Assembly (NCBI GenBank): GCA_963767925.1
Contig: CAVYGB010000002.1
Coordinates: forward strand, 2,016,001-2,080,000
From: an uncultured delta proteobacterium
Lineage (GTDB): Bacteria; Myxococcota_A; Polyangia; Fen-1088
Direction of reading: 5' to 3'
Length of the DNA: 64,000 nt
Shown here: positions 29,174 through 38,910 of the stretch, in pieces
Layout: every line of letters begins with the position of its first letter
Numbering within the stretch: position 1 is the first letter of the stretch
Notes under the pieces: model-generated
What the model was told of the DNA's origin: nothing
Databases searched by the model: none
The model's input: the letters and a program-made list of their open reading frames with translations, nothing else
Program-made: the position numbers and the translations under genes

Positions 29174-30898
29174 TTGCCGGCGCGGTCCACGCCCTTGCGG
29201 TCCTTGCGACGCCTCCTCTCTGCCACCCCCCACCAGGGCGGCGACCTGCGCCTGCATACCGTCGCGCCCGACGTCTTTCTGTACCGGGGGTACTTCAGCA
29301 ACTCGGCGGTGTTGCTGCTGCCGCGCTCGGTGCTGGTTGTCGACAGCCAGGTGACGCCGCGGGCGGCACAGCCGCTGCTGGCCCAGCTCCGCGCGCTCAC
29401 CGATCGGCCGGTGCGGTTCGTGTTCAACACCCACCACCACGGCGACCACGTCGGCGGCAACGCGGCCTTCGCCGGCGCCGAGCTCCTCGGCAGCGCGCGC
29501 ACCGCCCGCTCCGTCGTCGAGCGCGCCGGCGAGCGGCTGGACTACGCCCGCACCTTCGGCCTCGAGATCGACGAGGTCCCCCCGCCGGTGCCGCCCACCC
29601 GCACGTTCGACGAGCGCCTCGACCTCACGGTCGACGGCGAGCGGCTGGAGCTGTTTCGCGCTGGACAGATCGAGACGCCCGACGCGGCCGTGCTCTGGTG
29701 GCCCGCCCGCCGCGTGCTGGCCGCCGGTGACGGCGTCGCCACCGCCGGCTACCCCTACCTGGGGGTCCCCTTCCTCGACGAGGGCCTCCGCGACGATGGC
29801 CAGTGGATCGGCTACCTCGAGCGCCTGCGCGCGCTCCGACCGCGCGTCCTGCTCCCCGGCCACGGCCCCGCCCTGGTCGGCGAGCGCCGGATCGCCCGTC
29901 GCCTCGACCTCCTGATGTCCCTCATGCGCGACCTCCTGGCCGCCACCCGCGCCGAGCTGAGCGCCCTCGCCAGGGAGCGACCGCTTCTCCTGGCCGAGCC
30001 CGGCGGCGGCGCCGCTGCGGCAGCGCGCGGGGGTGACGCTCCGCCGGCTGGTCCCGGCGCGAGCCAGCTCCCGCCCGCCGAGATCGCCGCGCTGGTTGCG
30101 CGCATCGACCGGCGGCTGGCCCGCTATGGCCGGCGCGCCGACCTCGAGCAGTCGGTGGCGACCCAGCGCTTCGCGATCTACCGCGCCCTCAACGGCTGCC
30201 TCCCCGGCCGCGCCGGTCGGGGCTGGTGGCACGACCTGCGCCCGAGCGCCCTCGCCGTCGCCCCACCCGCCGAGGGCGCGGCCGAGGTGGCCCGCTGGGT
30301 GCCGGCCGCCCCCGCGCCCCCCGCCGCCCGCCTCGAGGATCTGGCTCGCCAGGGTCGCCGCGATCTCGCCATCGCTGCCGTGGAGTGCTGGCTGACCCAG
30401 CAGCCCGCCGCCGCCGCGCCCGGCGCCTCCACCGGCGCGGACGCCGCCACCGTCCCTACCGCCGCCGCCGTCCCCACCGCCAGCGGCGTCTCCGTCGCCC
30501 ACGCCCTGCTGGGCGAGCTCTACTTCGCGGGCGCCGCCGAGGTCCCCTCGAAGATCGACGGCACCGAATACATCCGCGCCGCCGCCGGCGCCGCCCGGGC
30601 GGCCCTCGCCCTCGATCCGCGAGCGCCGCTGGCCTTGCTCGACCTCGGGACCATCGAGATCCTCAGCGCCCTCATCGCGGGTCAAGATCCCACCCGCGGG
30701 GCCGGGCGGGTGCAGGCCGCCCTGCTCTCCGGCGCGCTCGACCGCCCGCAGCGCCGCCGGGCCCGCTTCGCCCTCGCCAAGGCCGAGCAAGCCGCCTTCC
30801 GGCCTGCGGAGGCCGACCGGCGGCTGCGCGATCTCCTGCCCGCCTGGGCCCGGCCTCTGTTTCCCCTGCTGCGCACCCGCCTGCGGAGCTTGCCGTGA
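29174..30898 (+). CDS. Metallo-beta-lactamase-fold hydrolase, alkyl/aryl-sulfatase-like, with helical C-terminus
   Basis: THHHGDHVGG, IETPD, PGHG; AIYR...GWWHDLRPSAL..APP resembles the SdsA1 dimerisation domain; start uncertain. Confidence 0.8.
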   Translation: MPARSTPLRSLRRLLSATPHQGGDLRLHTVAPDVFLYRGYFSNSAVLLLPRSVLVVDSQVTPRAAQPLLAQLRALTDRPVRFVFNTHHHGDHVGGNAAFAGAELLGSARTARSVVERAGERLDYARTFGLEIDEVPPPVPPTRTFDERLDLTVDGERLELFRAGQIETPDAAVLWWPARRVLAAGDGVATAGYPYLGVPFLDEGLRDDGQWIGYLERLRALRPRVLLPGHGPALVGERRIARRLDLLMSLMRDLLAATRAELSALARERPLLLAEPGGGAAAAARGGDAPPAGPGASQLPPAEIAALVARIDRRLARYGRRADLEQSVATQRFAIYRALNGCLPGRAGRGWWHDLRPSALAVAPPAEGAAEVARWVPAAPAPPAARLEDLARQGRRDLAIAAVECWLTQQPAAAAPGASTGADAATVPTAAAVPTASGVSVAHALLGELYFAGAAEVPSKIDGTEYIRAAAGAARAALALDPRAPLALLDLGTIEILSALIAGQDPTRGAGRVQAALLSGALDRPQRRRARFALAKAEQAAFRPAEADRRLRDLLPAWARPLFPLLRTRLRSLP

Positions 30899-31848
30899 AC
30901 GGCCCGCCCGCCGCTCTGCCGCCCCTCGCCGGCGTCGCGCTCGGACCGGCGCGCTCCCCGAACCGTTCGCTCGTCGCCGGGGTCAACGCCCTCTTCCGCA
31001 GCCGGGAGGCCGAAGCGCCGGCCGCCACCCGCCTGCTGCACGATCCCTACGCCCGGCTCTTCCGCGAGCGCCACGCGCTGGTCTGGGCCTTGCGCGGGCT
31101 GCGCTGGCTGCTGCCGCCCCTGCGCCGGCTGATCGACGACCTGCAGATCGCCCACTGCGTCCGCCACCGCAGCATCGACGAGCTGTGTCTCCAGGCCGCC
31201 GGCCGCGACGGCTTTCCGCAGATCGTCCTGCTCGGCGCGGGCTACGACACGCGGCCGCTCCGCCTGGCCGCCGCCCTCCCCGGCGTCCGCTGGATCGAGG
31301 TGGACCACCCGGCCACCGCCGCCCGCAAGGCCCACCTCTGGTCCCGCCAGCCACCCCCCCCGCCCCCGGCCGCCGACGACGCCCCCCCCGCCCCCGCCTC
31401 CGCCCGGGTGGCCCTCGACTTCACCCGCTGCCTCCCTCCGACCCCCGACCACACCTGGCTGGTCCACCCTTTGCGCGCCGTGGGCTTCGACCCGGACGCC
31501 CCCGCCTGCTTCGTGCTCGAGGGCCTCGCCCACTACCTGCCGCGCCCCGTCCTCGCCCGCCTCCTCGGCGCCGCCGGCGCGGGGCCTGGCCGCCGCCGCA
31601 TCATCCTCAGCTTCATCCGCCCCGAGATGGCCCGGGCCGCGCCACCCCTCTTCGTCACCCTGGTGCGCCTCCTGCGCGAGGTCCCCACCACCCACCTCGC
31701 CCGCGACGAGCTGGCGCACCTCGCCCGCGCGAGCGGTCTACACCTGCGGGACCATTACACCTTCGCCGACCAGGTCCGCCACCTCCTGCCCACGCCCCCC
31801 CGCCGCACCCCCCGCCTCACCCAGGATCTCGCCACCTTCGACGCGTGA
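30895..31848 (+). CDS. Class I SAM-dependent methyltransferase (LCM/Rv-type)
   Basis: LLHDPYA, QIVLLGAGYDTR, IEVDHP, EGL..YL; GTGA overlap with the upstream gene. Confidence 0.9.
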   Translation: MNGPPAALPPLAGVALGPARSPNRSLVAGVNALFRSREAEAPAATRLLHDPYARLFRERHALVWALRGLRWLLPPLRRLIDDLQIAHCVRHRSIDELCLQAAGRDGFPQIVLLGAGYDTRPLRLAAALPGVRWIEVDHPATAARKAHLWSRQPPPPPPAADDAPPAPASARVALDFTRCLPPTPDHTWLVHPLRAVGFDPDAPACFVLEGLAHYLPRPVLARLLGAAGAGPGRRRIILSFIRPEMARAAPPLFVTLVRLLREVPTTHLARDELAHLARASGLHLRDHYTFADQVRHLLPTPPRRTPRLTQDLATFDA

Positions 31849-31915
31849 TCCGGAACCCCGCGGCCCCCCTGCAAACGGGAACCGCAGGCGGCGCGGCTGT
31901 GTGTAATCTCGGCCG

Positions 31916-33997
31916 ATGCCGCTCCCGCCCCCCGACGTCTCCCCGCCCACCCAGCCGCCGCTCCCGGAGCGGGCCGGCTTCTGGGAGCGCCTCGGCGAGC
32001 CGCGCACCACCGTCGTCGTCCTGCTCTTCGGGTTGCTTCTCTATCTGCCCTTCGCCGGCAGCTACGGCCTCTGGGATCCCTGGGAGACGCACTACTCGGA
32101 GGTCGCCCGCCAGATGACCCACCGGGGCGACTTCATCAGCCTGTGGTGGCCCTGCTCGCCGCGCGAGACCGTCGTCTTCCAGACCAAGCCGGTCCTCACC
32201 TTCTGGCTCATGAGCCTGGGCATGCACGTGGCCCGCGTCGGGCTGCCGGGCGGGGCGCCGGGGGAGATGGCCCTCGGCACCGCGGCCGAGTGGGCGGTGC
32301 GCGTCCCCTTCTGCCTGCTCGGGGTGATGGGCCTTTACGGCGTCTACCTCGTCACCTCCCGCCTGGCCAGCCGCCGGGCCGGCGTGTTCGCCGCGATCGC
32401 CACCGGGACCTGCCCGATCTACGCCCTCGTCGCCCGCCAGGCCATGACCGACATGACCTTCGTCGGCCCCGCCACCCTGGCCATCGCCCTCGCCGCCCTC
32501 GCCCTGCTCGACAGCGACGAGAAGGAGCTGCCCCGCCGCGGCCGCGGCTGGTGGAGCTGGCCCCACCACCCCCTCTTTTATCTCACGCTCGGCACCTTCC
32601 TCCTGCTCACGGTCCCCCAGCTCCTGATCGATTCCACCGCCCTGCGCGTGCGCATGCCCTGGGGCGACCGCCTCGTCACCATGTACGGCGTGGTGGTGAT
32701 GATCCCCTACTGGGTGGGGCTCGTCGCCGTCGTGCTCGTCGCCGCGCGCAGCCGCTACCGCCGCCCCCTCTACCTCTACATCGCCGCCGCGCTCTGCGGG
32801 CTGGCGGTGCTGGGCAAGGGGCTCGCCGGCCTGGGCCTCCCGGTCATCATCTTCACCGCCTACGTCCTGTTCACCGGGCAGTGGCGCCGCCTCCGCGGGC
32901 GGCAGATGCCCCTCGGCATCCTCGTGTCGCTGCTGGTGGTGGCGGTGGTGGCCGTCCCCTGGCACCACGCCATGTACCTGCGCCACGGGGCGCCCTGGTG
33001 GAACGAGCTGTTCGGGGACAACCACTGGACGCGGATGATGATCGGCCGCCACGGCGACACCGGCTCGTTCGAATATTTCCTGCGCGAGCTCGGCTACGGG
33101 GCCTGGCCCTGGGTGGCGCTGGCCCCCGCCGCCCTGGCCTGGGCCACCTCGGTGCGCGACGACCGCCGGCCGGTGCTCTGGCTGGGGGTGGTCTGGTTCG
33201 TGATGGCCTATTCGATCGTGTCGGCCTCCATGACCAAGTTCCACCATTACATCCTGCCGGCCATCCCCGGCCTCGGCATCGTCCTGGGCTGCTTCCTCGA
33301 TCGCCTGTGGAGCGACCGCCGCCGCGTCACCGCCGCCGCCCCCGCCGCCCTGCTGGGCCTGCCCCTGCTGGGGCTGGTCACCGCCGACCTGCTCGGCAGC
33401 AAGAACGCCGCCCAGCGCTTCCTCTGGCTGTTCTCCTACGACTACGTCCACAGCAAGACCGGCCGGGCCTGGCCCGACGCCCTCGACTTCCGCCCCTACC
33501 TCATCGCCCTCGCCGTGCTGCTCGCCCTCACCACCGCCGCCCTCGTCTTCCGCCGCACCACCCGGGCGGGGCTGCTGGGCCTGGCCGGCGCCGCCGTCCT
33601 CTGCACCTACTTCCTGCTCGACGTGTTCATGCCGGGCGTGGCCCCCTACTGGTCGCAGAAGGGCGTCGTCGCCACCTACTACAAGAACCGGCGCGGGCCC
33701 GAGGAGCGCCTCGTCGCCTACCAGATGTTCTGGCGGGGCGAGAGCTTTTACACGAAGAACGAGATCTACGAGGGCCCCGAGGAGGAGCGCACCGTCTTCG
33801 ACAGCGACGACAGCGAGGAGAACCTCAAGAAGATGCAGGCCTGGATGGCCCGCAACCGGGGCCGCCGCCACTTCTTCCTGTTCGAGAACGCCCGCGAAGC
33901 CCAGCTCCGCGGCGCCTTGCCCCCCGAGGTTCAGCCGAGCTTCCGGGTCCTCGACCGCACCAACAACAAGTTCTCGCTCGCCGTCGCCGAGTTGTAG
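31916..33997 (+). CDS. GT-C glycosyltransferase (ArnT/PMT-like)
   Basis: LWDPWETHYSEVARQM, TKP, AVLGKG, TKFHHYILP; many TM helices. Confidence 0.88.
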   Translation: MPLPPPDVSPPTQPPLPERAGFWERLGEPRTTVVVLLFGLLLYLPFAGSYGLWDPWETHYSEVARQMTHRGDFISLWWPCSPRETVVFQTKPVLTFWLMSLGMHVARVGLPGGAPGEMALGTAAEWAVRVPFCLLGVMGLYGVYLVTSRLASRRAGVFAAIATGTCPIYALVARQAMTDMTFVGPATLAIALAALALLDSDEKELPRRGRGWWSWPHHPLFYLTLGTFLLLTVPQLLIDSTALRVRMPWGDRLVTMYGVVVMIPYWVGLVAVVLVAARSRYRRPLYLYIAAALCGLAVLGKGLAGLGLPVIIFTAYVLFTGQWRRLRGRQMPLGILVSLLVVAVVAVPWHHAMYLRHGAPWWNELFGDNHWTRMMIGRHGDTGSFEYFLRELGYGAWPWVALAPAALAWATSVRDDRRPVLWLGVVWFVMAYSIVSASMTKFHHYILPAIPGLGIVLGCFLDRLWSDRRRVTAAAPAALLGLPLLGLVTADLLGSKNAAQRFLWLFSYDYVHSKTGRAWPDALDFRPYLIALAVLLALTTAALVFRRTTRAGLLGLAGAAVLCTYFLLDVFMPGVAPYWSQKGVVATYYKNRRGPEERLVAYQMFWRGESFYTKNEIYEGPEEERTVFDSDDSEENLKKMQAWMARNRGRRHFFLFENAREAQLRGALPPEVQPSFRVLDRTNNKFSLAVAEL

Positions 33998-35014
33998 TCA
34001 AAAGACGAAGGGGATGTCGAGCTGGACGATGCGGTCCTTGCGCGTCGTCATGGGAGCGTCGATCCCCTGGGCGTAGGCGATTCCGGGGCGCAGCCAGCGG
34101 TTGCCGACCTTGAAGTGGGCCCGGGGCCCCAGGGCGAAGCTCAGGGTCTCGCGGCGGTCGGGCCACGTGTCGAGCATCGCCGGGCTCGACAGCCAGCGCT
34201 GGAAGCGCAGCTCGCCGCCCAGCGACAGCATCGGCAGCAGGAAGTACCCGAGGTGCAGGCCGCTGGTGAAGTTGGTGCGGGACCGGTCCCGCTCCACCGC
34301 CGGGTTGCGCACCCGCACGAGCTGCAACACGGTGGCCTCGACCTGCGCGGTGAAGCCGGCCCGGCTGTAGGCCAGCCCAACCCCGGGGATGGCGGTGAAG
34401 TAGTTGACCGCAAACAGGGCGTTGTCCATGGCCGAGCGCGCGTTGATCCCCGCCGCCGCCGCCGCCGCCGTGGCGTTCATCCCGGCCGGGGCGCCGCCCC
34501 CCTGTCCGATGGGGAGGGTGAACCCCAGAAACAGGGCCAGCTTCAGCCCTGGCGCCAGGTCGAACGAGGAGGTGGCCCCCACCAGGGGGTTGACGAAGGC
34601 GTTGCCGGTCCCGGGCGCGGTGCCCGGCGTGTTGTGGATGTAGGCCAGGCGCACCACCGGCGCGAACCGGGGCAGCAGCCGGTACGACAGCAGCAGGGTG
34701 GAGGCCACCGTGCTGGCCGAGGTGCCGCCCAGCTCGTGGAAGGACACGGTCGTGTCGGACCTGACCACGCTGGCCGCGGTGATCGGCCGGAGCTGCCAGG
34801 GCAGCGAATAGGGCGGGGGCGGGGCGGCGGGGGCGGGGCTCGCCGCCGCCGGGCTTGTGGAGACCGACCCGCTGGGCAGCTGCGCCCGGGCCGGCCGGTC
34901 CGCGGCGCCCGCCAGCGCCGCCACCAGGATCCCCACCCCCGCCAGGCGTCCCCTGCCCGGGCGACTGTGACGGCGCTCTTGCTCTCGCTTCATGCTGGCC
35001 TCCTCGTCGTTCAT
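33998..35014 (-). CDS. Putative outer-membrane beta-barrel protein
   Basis: Signal peptide ending ARA, alternating beta strands, C-terminal IVQLDIPFVF. Confidence 0.7.
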   Translation of the reverse strand: MNDEEASMKREQERRHSRPGRGRLAGVGILVAALAGAADRPARAQLPSGSVSTSPAAASPAPAAPPPPYSLPWQLRPITAASVVRSDTTVSFHELGGTSASTVASTLLLSYRLLPRFAPVVRLAYIHNTPGTAPGTGNAFVNPLVGATSSFDLAPGLKLALFLGFTLPIGQGGGAPAGMNATAAAAAAGINARSAMDNALFAVNYFTAIPGVGLAYSRAGFTAQVEATVLQLVRVRNPAVERDRSRTNFTSGLHLGYFLLPMLSLGGELRFQRWLSSPAMLDTWPDRRETLSFALGPRAHFKVGNRWLRPGIAYAQGIDAPMTTRKDRIVQLDIPFVF

Positions 35015-35236
35015 GATCGTCGGAGGCCAGTGTCGACAATGGCGGGTTTCCTGGAATGGTCACCTGCCGCAACGGTTCGTAACTTCGCCTGAAACGATCT
35101 TCGGCCGTCGCGATCGCGCCCGATCGCGACCGTTGACCCGGCGGCAACCGAAGATTTACCTCGCCGCGGACCGCCCGAAATCTGCGGTTTTGCGGCTTTG
35201 AAGGTCCGGTGCCCGGAACGTTATAAAGGTGGGACG

Positions 35237-38200
35237 ATGGCCGCCCCCAGCGATGCGCCCGGACGGGCACCGGACGAACCGGTGCGCGCCGGAGGTGCGT
35301 TCGTCGGGCGCAGCCGCGAGCTCGACGAGATCCTCGCCGCCCTCGAGGAGGCGCTGTCCGGGCGGGGCCGCCTGCTGCTGCTGGTGGGCGAGCCGGGCAT
35401 CGGCAAGACCCGCCTGGCCGACGAGGCCACCCGGGCGGCGGCCGAGCGCGCCGTCCCCGTCTTCTGGGGGCGGGCCTGGGAGGCGGGGGGCGCCCCGGCC
35501 TATTGGCCCTGGCTCGACGTGCTCGACAACCTCGTCGAGCGGCTCGACGACAAGGCCCTGCGCGACAGCCTCGGCGAGGGGCTCCCCCTCGTCGCGGCGC
35601 TGGTCCCGCGCTTGCGGGCGCGCCTGGGCGAGTCGCCCGCCGCCACCGCCGCCCCCAGCCCCGACGAGGCCCGCTTCCGCCTCTGGCGCGCGGTGGGCGG
35701 GCTGGTGCGGGCGGCGGCCGCCCCCGCCGGCCTGGTGGTCGTGCTCGACGACCTGCACTCGGCCGACGAGGCCTCGCTGGCGCTGCTGCAGTTCGTGGCC
35801 CGTGAGCTGCGCGCCACCCGCCTGCTGCTGCTGGCCACCTACCGCGACGTCGAGGCCCGCCTGACCCGCGGCGCCGGCGATCTCATCGGCCGCATCAGCC
35901 GCGAGGGGACGTCGCTGACCCTGGGGCGGCTCGATCGCGAGGCGGCCGCCCTGCTGCTGCGCCAGCGCACGCCGGGCCTCGAGCCGGCGGTGGAGAAGCG
36001 CATCTTCGACAGCACCCAGGGCAACCCGCTGTTCCTGCACGAGCTGGCCCGCCTGGTGAGCGAGCAGGGGGGCTTCGCCCTGGCCGCGGGCGAGCTGCCG
36101 GAGGGCGTGCGCGAGGTGATCCGCCAGCGCCTCGACCGGGTGCCGGCCGAGGCCAAGGCCCTGCTCGATCTGGCCGCGGTGGCGGGCGACGAGATCGACC
36201 TGGCCGTGCTGGCGGCCGCCTCGGGCCGGGCTCTGCCCGCCGTGCTCGACGATCTGCGGGCCGCCACCCGGGCTGGCGTGCTGGTCGAGCGGGACGGACG
36301 CCGGCGGTTCTCCCACGCCCTGGTGCGCGAGGTCCTGTACACCGACCTGCCCGCCAGCGAGCGCCAGGCCCGGCACGGGGCGGTGGCGGGCGCGCTCGAG
36401 CAGCTCCGCGGCGGCGAGCCCCAGGCTCCGCTGGCCGAGCTGGCCCACCACGGCTTCGCCGGTCCCCCGGCCGGCATCCCCCGCGCGGTCGACCACGCCG
36501 TGGCGGCCGCTACCCGCTCGCTGGGCCTGGCCGCTTACGCCGAGGCGGTGGCCATCCTGGAGCGCGCCGCCGCCGCCGTCGAGGCGGCGGGCAACCCCAC
36601 CGCCCTGCGGGCCCGGGTGGTGCTGGCCCTCGCCGAGGCCCGCATCCGGGTGGGCGAGACCGAGATCGGCAAGACCCTCTGCCGCCAGGTGGCGCTGGCC
36701 GCCCGCGCGCTGGGCGACTCCACCCTGCTGGGGCAGGCCGCGCTCACCTACGGCCTGGTGTTCGCCTTCGCCATCGTCGACCCGGTGCTGGTACAGATGC
36801 TCGAGGAGTCGCTCGAGGCGCTCCCCGCCGGGGACAGCGCCCTGCGGGTGCAGCTCCTGGCCCGCCTGGGGGCGGCGCTGCAGCCCGCCCAGTGCACCGA
36901 CGAGCCGGTGCGCGTGGCCCGCGAGGCGATCGAGATGGCCCGCCGGCTCGACGACCGGCCGACCCTGCTGGGCGCGCTGGTGGCCGGCATCTCGGCGCTG
37001 ATGGATGTGGTCTCGGCCCGCGAGCGGCTGAGCCTCAACCTGGAGGCGGCCGCCCTGGCGGTCGAGCTCGGGGACCGGGAGCGCCTCCTGCGCACGCAGT
37101 CGCGGCTGGCCCTCGACCACGCCGAGCTGGGCGAGTTCGCCGCCGCCGACGTTCGCATCGAGGCCTTCGAGACCCTGGCCAAGGAGCTGCACGCCCCCTG
37201 GTACCAGTGGCGGGCGGTGCTCTTGCGGGCCATGCGGGCGCTGATCCACGGGCATTTCGCCGAGGCCGAGGCGCTGGCGGCGGAGGCCGAGCGGATGGGC
37301 CGGGAGGCCGGCGATCAGCAGGTCGAGCGTTGCATGAGCCTGCACCGCGATGGGCAGCTCCGGGCCATGGAGCGGCACGAGGAGATGCTCACCCACGGCG
37401 CCCTGGCCCGGCAGCACTGGGTCCGCTTCGGGATGGCGGGCGACGTCTGGCAGTGGCTCGCCAGCGCCCTGGCCAGCTCGCGGGTGGAGGACGCCGAGGC
37501 CACCTTCCGGCACCTGGGCCGCGTCCCGCCGGCCTCGATGCCCACCGGCGACAACGTGTACGCCCTGTTCTACATGGGCGAGCCGGTGGCCTTCGCCGGA
37601 AACGAGGCGGACGCGGCTCGCCTGTACGACATGTTGTTCCCGGCCGCCGACCGCGACGTCCTGCTCGGCATGTCCCAGGTGCTCTGGGAGGGCCCGGTGG
37701 CCCGGCTGCTCGCCCTGCTGGCGGTCCGCCTCGGCCGGTGGGAGGTGGCCGAGGGCCACTTCGGGGCGGCGATCGATCGCTGCCGGAGGCTCGAAGCCCG
37801 CCCGTACCTGAACCGCACCCAGTACGAATACGCCCGCGCCCTGCAGGCCCGGGCCGCCCCTGGCGACGCCGAGCGCGCCGCCGCCCTGTTCGCCGAGGCG
37901 GCCGCCGGCGCCGAGGCGCTCGGCCAGACCGGCCTGCTGCGCCTGATCGACCGCCGCCACCCCCGCGCCGCCCCGGCCGCTGGCGCCGGCCCGATCGCTG
38001 GAGCTTCGCCCGCCGGATCCGCCGCCGCCGCTGGTTCCGCCCTCGCGGGATCCGCGGCCGCCGCTGCACCCGGCAGCGCCGCGCCCCCCTCCGCGCCGGA
38101 CGCGCTCCCCTTCGCCTTGACCCGGGAGGGGGAGTACTGGACGGTCGGCTACCAGGGAGCCACCTTCCGCCTGAAGGACAGCCTCGGCCTGCGCTACCTC

Positions 38201-38647
38201 GAGCGCCTGCTGTCGCAGCCCGACCAGGAGGTGCACGTGCTCGAGCTGGCGGGCGGGCGGGAGGCCAGCGGCGAGGGCCCGGCGCTCGTCGACGCCGGGG
38301 ACGCCGGCGAGCTGCTCGACCCCGAGGCCCGCGAGAGCTACCGCCGCCGCCTCGAGGACCTGCGCGAGGAGCTGGTCGAGGCCGAGGCGGCCGGCGACTC
38401 GCTGCGCGCCTCCCGGGCCCACGCGGAGATCGAGTTTCTCGGCGCCGAGCTGAGCCGCGCCGTCGGGCTGGGCGGCCGCGGCCGGCGCGCGGGCGGCGCC
38501 GCCGAGCGCGCCCGCAGCGCCGTCCAGCGCCGCATCCGCAACGCCCTCGACCGCATCGCCGAAAACGCCCCCCCGCTCTCGGAATACCTCGAACAGACCG
38601 TGAAGACCGGCACCTTCTGCGTCTTCCGCCCGAAGCGATCGGCTTGA
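35237..38647 (+). CDS. STAND-type (AAA_16) ATPase with helical repeats and conserved C-terminal putative DNA-binding domain
   Basis: FVGRSREL, GEPGIGKT, LDDLHSAD, GNPLFL; C-terminal GDAGELLD...ERARSAVQRR...VKTGTFC. Confidence 0.9.
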   Translation: MAAPSDAPGRAPDEPVRAGGAFVGRSRELDEILAALEEALSGRGRLLLLVGEPGIGKTRLADEATRAAAERAVPVFWGRAWEAGGAPAYWPWLDVLDNLVERLDDKALRDSLGEGLPLVAALVPRLRARLGESPAATAAPSPDEARFRLWRAVGGLVRAAAAPAGLVVVLDDLHSADEASLALLQFVARELRATRLLLLATYRDVEARLTRGAGDLIGRISREGTSLTLGRLDREAAALLLRQRTPGLEPAVEKRIFDSTQGNPLFLHELARLVSEQGGFALAAGELPEGVREVIRQRLDRVPAEAKALLDLAAVAGDEIDLAVLAAASGRALPAVLDDLRAATRAGVLVERDGRRRFSHALVREVLYTDLPASERQARHGAVAGALEQLRGGEPQAPLAELAHHGFAGPPAGIPRAVDHAVAAATRSLGLAAYAEAVAILERAAAAVEAAGNPTALRARVVLALAEARIRVGETEIGKTLCRQVALAARALGDSTLLGQAALTYGLVFAFAIVDPVLVQMLEESLEALPAGDSALRVQLLARLGAALQPAQCTDEPVRVAREAIEMARRLDDRPTLLGALVAGISALMDVVSARERLSLNLEAAALAVELGDRERLLRTQSRLALDHAELGEFAAADVRIEAFETLAKELHAPWYQWRAVLLRAMRALIHGHFAEAEALAAEAERMGREAGDQQVERCMSLHRDGQLRAMERHEEMLTHGALARQHWVRFGMAGDVWQWLASALASSRVEDAEATFRHLGRVPPASMPTGDNVYALFYMGEPVAFAGNEADAARLYDMLFPAADRDVLLGMSQVLWEGPVARLLALLAVRLGRWEVAEGHFGAAIDRCRRLEARPYLNRTQYEYARALQARAAPGDAERAAALFAEAAAGAEALGQTGLLRLIDRRHPRAAPAAGAGPIAGASPAGSAAAAGSALAGSAAAAAPGSAAPPSAPDALPFALTREGEYWTVGYQGATFRLKDSLGLRYLERLLSQPDQEVHVLELAGGREASGEGPALVDAGDAGELLDPEARESYRRRLEDLREELVEAEAAGDSLRASRAHAEIEFLGAELSRAVGLGGRGRRAGGAAERARSAVQRRIRNALDRIAENAPPLSEYLEQTVKTGTFCVFRPKRSA

Positions 38648-38650
38648 CCC

Positions 38651-38898
38651 CAGACCCCTCACCCCACCCTCTCCCCGCTTCGCGGGGCGAGGGCGAACAA
38701 TTGGCGGAGGTGCCCCCGTCATCCTCCGGGTGGTGAGGGGACGGATTCACCGGGATTTCCGCGCTACCGTTGCCCCTTCGACGGAGGTGCCCCCGTCGTC
38801 CGGGTGGTGAGGGGACGGATTCACCGGGATTTCCGCGTTACCGTTGCCCGTTCGCCCTCGCCCCGCGGCAGCGGGGAGAGGGTGGGGTGAGGGGTCTG
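38651..38898. repeat. REP doublet (REPIN-like) with internal ~70-bp duplication
   Basis: Arms at 38651-38698 and 38850-38898; spacer duplicated at ~38705-38775 and ~38782-38849. Confidence 0.85.
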
Positions 38899-38910
38899 CC
38901 GGGCCCGCGG

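Noticed and set aside
25644..31848. Canonical secondary-metabolite biosynthetic cluster
   Set aside because: No PKS, NRPS, terpene cyclase or RiPP precursor recognisable; kept only as a tailoring-type cluster
35237..38647. Avs-type anti-phage STAND system
   Set aside because: No nuclease, SIR2, TIR or protease effector; host-like codon use and metabolic neighbours fit a regulator better
35156..38722. Very long antisense or alternate-frame ORFs (also 41343..44303, 56255..59956, 7202..9742 and others)
   Set aside because: Shadow ORFs expected at this GC content, overlapping well-supported genes and lacking motifs
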